Below, piece after piece: positions 1 to 7,141 of a stretch of 12,919 bases of DNA. This DNA is from Promethearchaeota archaeon (lineage in GTDB: Archaea; Asgardarchaeota; Lokiarchaeia; Sigyniarchaeales; SOKP01). Within the stretch, counting starts at the first letter, position 1; each line of letters begins with the position of its first letter. The DNA lies in the NCBI GenBank assembly GCA_011364975.1, contig RDOE01000088.1, forward strand, positions 1 to 12,919, in the 5' to 3' direction. Both the position numbers and the translations under genes were made by a program. The notes below the pieces were generated by a model. That model did no database searches and was not told where the DNA came from. It worked only from the letters and a program-made list of their open reading frames with translations.

Positions 1-2
1 TC

Positions 3-1202
3 CCTACCTCAATTAAAGATTTAATGCAAACAAAAGGAATAAGAACTACATTTGGCTCAAGATTGTATGAAAATTTTATTCCAGAGGAAGATGATATCGC
101 TGTTCACCGACTTTTAAAGGCGGGATGTGTAATGCTTGGTAAAACTAATACCCCTGCTTTTGGCCATATTGCACTCACAAATAACAAAATTTTTGGAGAA
201 ACAAAAAATCCCTGGGATATCGAAAGAAATTCTGGGGGTTCGAGTGGAGGTGCTGCTTCATCTGTTGCTAGTGGTTTAGGGCCATTAGCTTTAGGATCTG
301 ATGGAGGTGGTTCAATCAGGGTCCCTAGTAGTTGTTGTGGAGTTTATGGTTTAAAGCCCACCTATGGACGTATTCCTAGCTATCCTCGGATAGGTATAGC
401 ATTTAAATCAATGGATCATTATGGTCCTATTGTGCGATATGTGAAAGATGCTGCCTTAATGTTAAATGTTATGAAAGGAAATCACCCTGCAGACAACAAT
501 TCTTTTCCTGATGATAATATTGATTACATTAAGGCTTTAGAAGATATTCCTCCGAAATTAAAAATTGGGTACTCGACAAGTTTGGGTTTTGGAAAAGCCC
601 TTGAAGAAGAAGTTAAGGAGAATCTACTCGATAATGTGCAGAAATTTAAACAATATAATTGGGACGTTGAAGAAGCAAACATAAAAATTAGAAATCCCGA
701 AAGTGCATTTAAGACAATTGTTACGGTTGGTTATGCATATGACTTACATAAAGAATTTGATAAAAACCCAGAATATTTTGACCCAGATCTGATTGCTTCA
801 ATAAGGCTAGGATTAGATAACAACTCCATGAACATTGGAAAAGCGATAGAATTGAGAAAACAAGTTTATGAAGCTATGTATCACTATTTTAAAAATTATG
901 ATATACTTATCACTCCCACCTTACCATGTACCGCATTTAAACCTGGTTGGTTAGAAACTGGAACCGTTTTTCCTACAGTAGGTAAAAAATCACTAAGTAT
1001 TATGACTTGGATGACATTTACTTATCCATTTAATTTGACTGGTCTTCCTGCGGCTTCAATCCCATCAGGTTGGGGCAAATCTGGATTACCGATTGGAATG
1101 CAACTTGTAGGAAAGCGTTATGATGAAAAAACAGTTCTTCAGGTTTCAAAAGCATTTGAAGACATAGCACCGTGGCAAGATAAAAAACCAACATTTAATT
1201 AA
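3..1202 (+). CDS. Amidase-signature family amidase, 5'-truncated by the window edge
   Basis: The frame is open upstream of the ATG at 24 and reads PTSIKDL from position 3, which contains the catalytic Lys motif. GGSSGG and GSDGGGSIR complete the Ser-cisSer-Lys triad. GLKPTYGR and the C-terminal GLPIGMQLVG are also typical. The true start lies before base 1. Confidence 0.93.
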   Translation, partial: PTSIKDLMQTKGIRTTFGSRLYENFIPEEDDIAVHRLLKAGCVMLGKTNTPAFGHIALTNNKIFGETKNPWDIERNSGGSSGGAASSVASGLGPLALGSDGGGSIRVPSSCCGVYGLKPTYGRIPSYPRIGIAFKSMDHYGPIVRYVKDAALMLNVMKGNHPADNNSFPDDNIDYIKALEDIPPKLKIGYSTSLGFGKALEEEVKENLLDNVQKFKQYNWDVEEANIKIRNPESAFKTIVTVGYAYDLHKEFDKNPEYFDPDLIASIRLGLDNNSMNIGKAIELRKQVYEAMYHYFKNYDILITPTLPCTAFKPGWLETGTVFPTVGKKSLSIMTWMTFTYPFNLTGLPAASIPSGWGKSGLPIGMQLVGKRYDEKTVLQVSKAFEDIAPWQDKKPTFN

Positions 1203-1204
1203 TA

Positions 1205-1226
1205 ATTCCTTTTTATTTTTTCAGTT
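1205..1226 (+). terminator. Oligo-T tract between convergent genes, possible archaeal terminator
   Basis: CCTTTTTATTTTTTC directly follows the amidase stop in a 24-bp convergent gap. T-runs are common in AT-rich DNA, so support is weak. Confidence 0.3.
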
Positions 1227-2315
1227 TTAAAAGCTTTTAGCATTAGACGTTGTAATATATGAGGAATCTCCAATAGTAATGTTTGGCTTTATAAGATCTT
1301 CTAATGTGGAATAATCTCCGATAATACTGTTTTGGGTAATAATTTTTTTTAAATAAACCCCATCCCCTATTACAGACTCAGAAATTATACATTTTTCAAT
1401 TTCTAAATCGTCACCGATTGAAACATTTGGACCGATTACAGAGCTACTTACTTTCACATTTTTACCTATAAAAACAGGAGGAATTATTTTAGAATCCCGA
1501 ATGTTGTCTGTTTGAATTAAATGCTCATAAATTGGATCTTTTAATTTTAGTTCTGATAATAAATGTCGATTCCCCTCAAGTAAAGTTTCCGGTCTGCCAA
1601 AATCAAGAATTTCACTAGTCATTTCATTTCCTTTTAATTGAAAATCTAATTCTATTAATTCTTGTATTACTGGTGTTAATTGATGTTCTTTTCCATTTTC
1701 AAGTGGAATTTTACTCTGCTTTTCTAAAAGTTCGAATAATTTTTCTAGTATTTTTTTTCCAAATAAATAAGCTCCAGATACGGCATAATTGGAAATTAGT
1801 TCTTGTGGTTTTTCTATAATATTAGTGATAAATTTCTTATTATTTATGACAGTAACGCCATAGAATTGAGGATTATCAACTTTTTTGATATTGATTACCC
1901 CATCACATTTACTTTGATGAAATGTTAAAAGGATTGAATGGTAATCCTCAAGAGGTAATCGATCACTTAAAAAAATAAAACAATCGTCCTCTTTTACTAA
2001 ATCTTTAGCAAGAAGAACTGCATCGCCAAGACCACTAAAAAATGGAGCATCAGCTGTGTATCCTAGTGGTCTTTGCTCGATAAAATAAAGATTAAAATAA
2101 TCGGAGTAATTTTTTTTTAAATATTCTGTTATTTGTCTCTTTTTATAGCCCACGATAAAACATAAATTTGTGCCCTCAGGAAAAGAATTCTTTAACTTTA
2201 TTAAAATATGGTCAATTAATCTTTTCCCAGCTATCTTTAAAAACGCTTTGGGTTTTGAATATGTGAAGGGCTGAAGTCGTTTACCCACCCCAGCAATAGG
2301 ACAAACAAGCCACAT
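1227..2315 (-). CDS. Sugar-phosphate nucleotidyltransferase (long-form RmlA/GCD1-like) with C-terminal left-handed beta-helix
   Basis: N-terminal AGVGKRLQPFTYSKPK matches the GxGxRL..PK signature. YGV, IEKP and DFGRPETLL are present, followed by hexapeptide repeats (PPVFIGKNVKV, SVIGPNVSIG, SVIGDG, SIIGDY). Substrate cannot be determined. Confidence 0.9.
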   Translation of the reverse strand: MWLVCPIAGVGKRLQPFTYSKPKAFLKIAGKRLIDHILIKLKNSFPEGTNLCFIVGYKKRQITEYLKKNYSDYFNLYFIEQRPLGYTADAPFFSGLGDAVLLAKDLVKEDDCFIFLSDRLPLEDYHSILLTFHQSKCDGVINIKKVDNPQFYGVTVINNKKFITNIIEKPQELISNYAVSGAYLFGKKILEKLFELLEKQSKIPLENGKEHQLTPVIQELIELDFQLKGNEMTSEILDFGRPETLLEGNRHLLSELKLKDPIYEHLIQTDNIRDSKIIPPVFIGKNVKVSSSVIGPNVSIGDDLEIEKCIISESVIGDGVYLKKIITQNSIIGDYSTLEDLIKPNITIGDSSYITTSNAKSF

Positions 2316-2361
2316 TGTATGAATTTTAGTATTTTTGAATTTAATAACGTAAGAATCTATT

Positions 2362-2886
2362 TTAACTTTCTAATATTTGCCTTAAAATTTCGTAATATTC
2401 AGCATCTTTCAATTTTTCATTAATAAGATTTTTCAATTTTTTCAGATAATAATTATCTGAACTGGTTCTTTTCATCCCTTTTATCTTTTTATTTAAGGAG
2501 ATTCTAATTTTTTCCTCTAAAAAGGTTGGAGGTATTTCTTTATATTTAATAAGTAAATCATTGCAATGTTGTTCATTGGAAATCTGATTACTATCTTCTG
2601 AAGTTAACTTATTGTATAGATTTTTGACCCAAACTTCTATTTTATCGATATCTCCAGCAATATAAGTTCTATTGTTCAACCATTTATTAAATTCCATAAC
2701 ATCACTTAAAAGGTCACTAGAAATGAGCGTATTTTTTTGGTTTTCCTGCTTTTCAGTTGCTATCTCTCTAATTTTCTGTTTCTTTAAACCTTTTTTCTCT
2801 TCTTTGGATAAATTATTGTAAATCTCTTCACGAATTTGTTTTTCTTTATCAGAAACAAAATTATTAATCCATTTATCCATAGACAT
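2362..2886 (-). CDS. Hypothetical protein, Lys/Glu-rich, probably helical
   Basis: 174-aa ORF with ATG start filling the gap between genes. It lies 46 bp upstream of the nucleotidyltransferase on the same strand. No motif recognised. Confidence 0.75.
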   Translation of the reverse strand: MSMDKWINNFVSDKEKQIREEIYNNLSKEEKKGLKKQKIREIATEKQENQKNTLISSDLLSDVMEFNKWLNNRTYIAGDIDKIEVWVKNLYNKLTSEDSNQISNEQHCNDLLIKYKEIPPTFLEEKIRISLNKKIKGMKRTSSDNYYLKKLKNLINEKLKDAEYYEILRQILES

Positions 2887-3018
2887 TATCTATCAAGTAT
2901 ATTAAGTTTTTAAACTAAAATTAGCTATCTATTAAATTATTAATATCATTATTTAATTTTCTACTTATAACATAAGAGAGATAGCTTAATAACTAAAAAT
3001 CTTGTTATTATATCTAGG

Positions 3019-3798
3019 ATGAAGATAAAAGGAATTATTTTTGATTTTGGCTTCACTCTATTCTCTTTTGAAAATCCTTCTGTCGAGAAATATTATGAGT
3101 GTTTTAAAAAGGGACTACTGAAATCTATTGAGAGCTTAAAACAAGAAAACATTATTTTAGAACAAGAGGAAATAATCAAAGAGTTTATAAGCATCTTTAA
3201 TAAAAAAAAGTCATCTTATTTTCGTGAATCAATAAAAACTAAAGATGAATTTCCAACTTCTCAGATTTTTAAAGAGGTAATAGAAATATTAAAAGAAAAA
3301 GGGCTTATTTTAGAGCAATCAGTTTTAAAGCAAGAATTTTTAGAAGAATTATCCGAACTCTACCACTCCTGCGAAGAAGAGGAGTGGAAACCTTATAAAG
3401 AAACAAAAAAGACCCTTGAATCGCTCTCATCACACAAAACGTTAAAAATAGGGTTAATCTCGAATCATCCAAACCATAAAACTGTCAAGAATATGCTTAA
3501 AAACAACGATATGAAAAAATATTTCAATGCTATTGTAACCTCAGCAAAATTCGGAAAAAGGAAGCCTAATCGTGATATCTTTTTCCATACTTTGAAAAAA
3601 ATGGGATTAAATGAAGAAGATGCGAAAGATTGCTTAATGGTTGGAGATGAAGCTGCAGATGCTGTTGGTGCGTACAAGATAGGTATGAAAGTTCTTCTTA
3701 AAAAGCGAGAATATGAGTTTCCATTCGAAACAAAGATTGATATTCCTAACTTAGTTAAAATAACATCAGTCAGTGAAGTATTAGATTATATATACTGA
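3019..3798 (+). CDS. HAD-superfamily hydrolase, subfamily IA
   Basis: Motif I IIFDFGFTL, motif II LISN, motif III KRKP and motif IV MVGDEAADAVGA, with a large helical cap region. Confidence 0.9.
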   Translation: MKIKGIIFDFGFTLFSFENPSVEKYYECFKKGLLKSIESLKQENIILEQEEIIKEFISIFNKKKSSYFRESIKTKDEFPTSQIFKEVIEILKEKGLILEQSVLKQEFLEELSELYHSCEEEEWKPYKETKKTLESLSSHKTLKIGLISNHPNHKTVKNMLKNNDMKKYFNAIVTSAKFGKRKPNRDIFFHTLKKMGLNEEDAKDCLMVGDEAADAVGAYKIGMKVLLKKREYEFPFETKIDIPNLVKITSVSEVLDYIY

Positions 3799-3852
3799 AC
3801 TTAATGTAAAGATACTAAGTCCCTTAGATAAACTAAATAGCCCAAGGGGGAT

Positions 3853-3882
3853 TTGTTCAATTTTGAAGATATTTCAAAGGTT
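3853..3882 (-). other. 30-nt non-canonical tRNA intron in the T-loop, best fit position 58/59
   Basis: 37 nt separate GGGGG from CCCCC, and removing 30 nt restores TTCAAAT. A BHB-like fold has central helix GTTC/GAAC, bulges AA|A and AA|A, and intron hairpin TTTGAA/TTCAAA. The exact junction is ambiguous by 1-2 nt because of A-runs. Confidence 0.85.
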
Positions 3883-3903
3883 TTGAACCCCCGATATCTG
3901 GCT

Positions 3904-3930
3904 GTTTACTTTAGTTTTAATTAACTAAAT
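3904..3930 (-). other. 27-nt tRNA intron at canonical position 37/38 with strict bulge-helix-bulge
   Basis: The intron is ATTTAGTTAATTAAAACTAAAGTAAAC. Central helix TTGC/GTAA (4 bp, one G-U), 3-nt bulges GG|A and AC|A, intron hairpin TTTAGTT/AACTAAA (7 bp), outer helix CTGGC/GCCAG. Confidence 0.93.
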
Positions 3931-3968
3931 CCGCAAGCCAGCGCCCTATCCAGCTGGACCATTGGGCT

Positions 3969-4058
3969 TTATGGTTGATATTATTCTATCGTGAACAATA
4001 CTTAAAATATTTTATTTCTCTTATTAGTATTAAAATTCTTTATTTAATATTTTTGATT
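3969..4058. promoter_or_regulatory. Divergent promoter region between tRNA-Arg and the second HAD gene
   Basis: 90-bp very AT-rich gap between head-to-head genes. A minus-strand TTTTAAGTA at 4006-3998, preceded by A-rich sequence, is TATA/BRE-like and lies 30-38 nt upstream of the tRNA. Confidence 0.4.
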
Positions 4059-4730
4059 ATGTTTGAAAATTACGGTGTAATTTTTGATCTAGATGGTGTA
4101 ATAGTAGATACAGGTCCAATTCACTATGAAAGTTGGGTAAAGTTAGCAGAAGAAATAGGAGTTAAGTTTACAACACAATTCTTTGAAAAAACCTTTGGAC
4201 AACAATCCACAGCAATAACTCGTAAATTGGTTGGTACTAACGTTGATCAAGAACTTGTGGAAAAATGGGCTGATCTTAAAGAGCTTTATTATAGAGAGAT
4301 GGTAAAGGATAAATTACATCCTTTACCGGGTGTTATAAAATTATTAAATGAGCTTTATGATAAAGAATTTAAACTGGCGGTTGCGTCGAGCGGTCCTCTT
4401 GAAAATGTTGAATTATCATTAAATACTCTTAATATTCATGATTATTTTAACGTAATAACAACCGCAGCGGATGTTGTTAGGGGTAAACCTGAACCGGATG
4501 TATTTTTAATAACTGCACAAAAACTTAATGTGGAACCAAAGAATTGTATTGTTATAGAAGATGCTCCTGTAGGAGTTACTGCTGCTAAAAAAGCAAATAT
4601 GAAAGTTATAGCTTTACGCACTACACATTGCAATGCAGACCTATTAAATGCAGATATTACTGCTCCAGACTTAAGTTTCATTACACTGAGAACGATTATT
4701 AAATTACTGAACATAAAACATAACCTATAA
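4059..4730 (+). CDS. HAD-superfamily phosphatase, subfamily IA (beta-phosphoglucomutase/CbbY-like)
   Basis: VIFDLDGVIVDT, AVASSG, RGKPEPDVF and VIEDAPVGVTAA. I moved the start from the TTG at 3975 to the ATG at 4059 (MFENYGVIFD), which puts motif I at the N-terminus and leaves room for the tRNA promoter. Confidence 0.92.
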   Translation: MFENYGVIFDLDGVIVDTGPIHYESWVKLAEEIGVKFTTQFFEKTFGQQSTAITRKLVGTNVDQELVEKWADLKELYYREMVKDKLHPLPGVIKLLNELYDKEFKLAVASSGPLENVELSLNTLNIHDYFNVITTAADVVRGKPEPDVFLITAQKLNVEPKNCIVIEDAPVGVTAAKKANMKVIALRTTHCNADLLNADITAPDLSFITLRTIIKLLNIKHNL

Positions 4731-4817
4731 TTCCCTTCCATTAAGATTTTAAATTTACATACATTGAAGAGTTATGATAATAATACAATCGATTATAATT
4801 AACTTACAAATTGGATA

Positions 4818-5276
4818 ATGTTAGAAAAAGACGAAAAACGATGTTATATTATAGTATGCATATTTGTATTATTAGTCCTTACTGCAGCGTATTATACACC
4901 ATTTTTAGTTAGTTTTGTTGCATTTCTTACCTTTTATTGGTATATTAGTGTACCCGTTTTTATTACAGGGTTATTCTTTTATAAAGTTTTTTATAACAAG
5001 AGAAGATTGAATCATTTGGCTATAACATTTAATAATGTTGATACCCAAGAGGATTTTGAACGAAAATCAGGACAAAAAGCTATTGTTGACCATAAATTAT
5101 CCAAAGAATATAAAGCCTGGTTGATTAGAGATGTTCCTAAGAAGGAACCAAAAATTAGTCCTATTACACGTAAAACTACGCTGTTGATTCTTGGCATAAT
5201 ATTAGCTTTAGCCTTTTTTTCATATATTTTAATACGAATTTACAATCTCCTCTTAGGATTAGTTCCCTTCTATTAA
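4818..5276 (+). CDS. Hypothetical membrane protein, about 3 TM helices
   Basis: Two N-terminal hydrophobic stretches, a charged loop and a C-terminal hydrophobic stretch (LLILGIILALAFFSYILI). No family recognised. Confidence 0.75.
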   Translation: MLEKDEKRCYIIVCIFVLLVLTAAYYTPFLVSFVAFLTFYWYISVPVFITGLFFYKVFYNKRRLNHLAITFNNVDTQEDFERKSGQKAIVDHKLSKEYKAWLIRDVPKKEPKISPITRKTTLLILGIILALAFFSYILIRIYNLLLGLVPFY

Positions 5277-5364
5277 GTATGAAATTCCTTATTTATTCCA
5301 ATAATTATCTTTAAAAATCTTGTGTATCAGTTACTATTAATTAAGCAGATTTATAGAGTTTATA

Positions 5365-6645
5365 ATGAATGAATTTAATAACGGGATAAATAAATTTATA
5401 GGTAATTTTCCACCCCAAACATTTGGTGATGGAATATGCCATATGATTGGAGCTTTCGGAAATGTGGGGATAGTAGAAACAGAGGATGGTTTAATAATTT
5501 TTGACATTGCTACCAGACAATTTGGTAATCGCGTATTTAATACATTACGTACAATAACAGATAAACCTATAAAATACATAATTTATAGCCATGGTCATTT
5601 TGATCATTGCTACGGATTCTCCCCAATTATACAAGAGATTGAAAATAAAAAGTGGGAAATGCCAAAAATCATAGCGCACGAAAATGTATTAAACAGATTT
5701 GAAAAGTATAAAATGTTAGATGAATATCATAATTGGATTAATTCCCAGCAATTTGCGTCGATTGGAGGTAGAGAGGGAAGGGCTACATCAGCTCAAAAAA
5801 CTTTAAATCCCACTATTATAATAAAGGGTAACAATGAGTTTTCATTTGAATTTGGGGGTTATAAGTTCCACTTATATCACGACATGGGTGAGACTGATGA
5901 CTCAATATGGATGCATTTTCCTGAAAAAGATGTAATCTTTACTGGTGATTTAATGATCTCGAGTTTTCCAAATGTGGGCAATCCATACAAGGTTCAAAGA
6001 TATCCTAAGCATTGGGCTATGGCTATGGAAAAAATGATGGAAAAGGATGCTAAATTTTTAGTTCCTGGTCATGGTGCTTTAATTGAAGGTCGCGATGAGG
6101 TAAAAGAAGTATTATCCGTAACAGCAGAAGTAATGCATTTTGTTCATGACGAAGTGGTAAAACGTCTTAATGAAGGTAAATGGTTTGAACAAATTTATCA
6201 TGAAATGCTTGAAATATTTCCAAGAAGATTGAAAGAGCATAAGATATTAAAACCCACTTATGGATGTTATCAATTTGCAATTCATGCTGCATATCGATTA
6301 TATCATGGGTGGTATAATACAGGCAATCCCACAGATTTATTTCCTGCTAAATCTAATGATATCGCTAAAGAATTACTCAAACTTAATAACGTTAAAGAAT
6401 ATCTAAATCATGCAAAGACGCTGTACCAAGATGGAGAGTTACAACTTTCTCTTCATATAGTAGATATTGTTATAAAGGGTTTAGAGAATATACAATCTAA
6501 AGATTTGTTGGACGCCTATAAGCTTAAATATAAGGTCTTAAAAGAGAAAGCTAAAAAAGAAACATCCTTTATTGCATATAATATCATAAATAACGCTGCA
6601 AATTCAATTAAAAATGATATAGATCTATTTGAAAACTTGAAGTAA
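5365..6645 (+). CDS. MBL-fold hydrolase, alkyl sulfatase (SdsA1/BDS1-like) with dimerisation domain
   Basis: YSHGHFDH (HxHxDH), GETDD, FTGD, FPNVGNP, LVPGHG and YHGWYNTGNPTDLFP are characteristic of this family. At 426 aa it appears to lack the C-terminal SCP-2 domain. Confidence 0.85.
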   Translation: MNEFNNGINKFIGNFPPQTFGDGICHMIGAFGNVGIVETEDGLIIFDIATRQFGNRVFNTLRTITDKPIKYIIYSHGHFDHCYGFSPIIQEIENKKWEMPKIIAHENVLNRFEKYKMLDEYHNWINSQQFASIGGREGRATSAQKTLNPTIIIKGNNEFSFEFGGYKFHLYHDMGETDDSIWMHFPEKDVIFTGDLMISSFPNVGNPYKVQRYPKHWAMAMEKMMEKDAKFLVPGHGALIEGRDEVKEVLSVTAEVMHFVHDEVVKRLNEGKWFEQIYHEMLEIFPRRLKEHKILKPTYGCYQFAIHAAYRLYHGWYNTGNPTDLFPAKSNDIAKELLKLNNVKEYLNHAKTLYQDGELQLSLHIVDIVIKGLENIQSKDLLDAYKLKYKVLKEKAKKETSFIAYNIINNAANSIKNDIDLFENLK

Positions 6646-6688
6646 TTCTATAATTCTAAAAACAAGTTTTTTCCACAATTCTAAATAT

Positions 6689-6976
6689 TCAAAATTCAGG
6701 ATAATCTGCTTTAGTAGATACTAAAGTCGTTGTTTCTTCAATCCAACTAGATAATTCTTCATCAATGCGAATATAAGAAACTATTTTATCCAATTCAAGG
6801 AGCTTATTGAAAGAACATTCTACTACAATATCCCAACCACCATACACAGGTGTTACATAAGTCACCTCCCATTTCTCCTCAGAAATGTTAGACTTTAATC
6901 CAGTTAATTTATTAACGACCTTCCATTCAGTTCCTATTGCTTTTAACCGTATTAAAATGTAACCTCGGTAATACAT
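6689..6976 (-). CDS. Stand-alone Lrp/AsnC ligand-binding (RAM) domain protein
   Basis: GYILI, VYGGWDIVV, ELDKIVSYIR and TTTLV follow the RAM-domain pattern, and there is no HTH. I prefer the ATG at 6976 (95 aa) to the GTG at 6991. Confidence 0.75.
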   Translation of the reverse strand: MYYRGYILIRLKAIGTEWKVVNKLTGLKSNISEEKWEVTYVTPVYGGWDIVVECSFNKLLELDKIVSYIRIDEELSSWIEETTTLVSTKADYPEF

Positions 6977-7141
6977 ATTAAAAATCCACAACTATATCTG
7001 TTTTTATATTGTTAACTAATACAATTTAATATAAATATTCTAAGAATGATTTAATTTTTTTGATATTCTGTATTTATAATAATTATAATTGAATCATTAA
7101 AATACTGTTTTGCTTACATGATTTAAAAGTGAACATTATAT

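Larger units (their letters stand above)
3838..3968 (-). tRNA. tRNA-Arg(GCG) with two introns; exons 3968-3931, 3903-3883 and 3852-3838; CCA not encoded
   Basis: The spliced 74-nt sequence folds fully: AGCCCAA TG GTCC AGCTGGATA GGGC G CTGGC TT-GCG-GA GCCAG ATATC GGGGG TTCAAAT CCCCC TTGGGCT A. All four stems pair. U8, A14, G15, G18-G19, U33, U54-U55-C56 and A58 are present, as are the Arg identity bases A20 and C35. Confidence 0.95.

Noticed and set aside
3-1202. Amidase as GatA, given the nearby GluRS
   Set aside because: It has GKTNTPAFG and YGRIPSYP instead of the GatA-type GKTNMDEFAMG and YGRVSRYG, and no gatB or gatC is visible in the window.
3796-3804. Selenocysteine readthrough at the HAD gene's TGA
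   Set aside because: The domain is complete and an in-frame TAA follows two codons later.
3831-3930. 8-bp direct repeat AACTAAAT in the tRNA 3' end/trailer and in intron 1
   Set aside because: Short and AT-rich. AACTAAA also occurs elsewhere (2913 and 2991), so chance is likely.
3838-3968. Reading the tRNA as Gln(TTG) or Ala(TGC)
   Set aside because: The CTGGC/GCCAG stem and the BHB geometry fix the loop as TT-GCG-GA. A20 supports Arg, and there is no G3-U70.
3799-3968. tRNA as an integration site
   Set aside because: No integrase, no second copy of the tRNA 3' end and no obvious compositional shift in the window.
3975-4058. 28-aa N-terminal extension of the HAD ORF from the TTG at 3975
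   Set aside because: AT-rich low-complexity translation that would cover the tRNA promoter. The ATG at 4059 gives a normal HAD N-terminus.
3465-5579. Minus-strand ORFs 3465-3677, 4442-4741, 5012-5197 and 5337-5579
   Set aside because: Antisense shadows of better-supported genes, with no motifs.
6643-6658. TAATTCTA tandem duplicate at the sulfatase stop
   Set aside because: Two copies of an AT-rich 8-mer, most simply slippage or chance.
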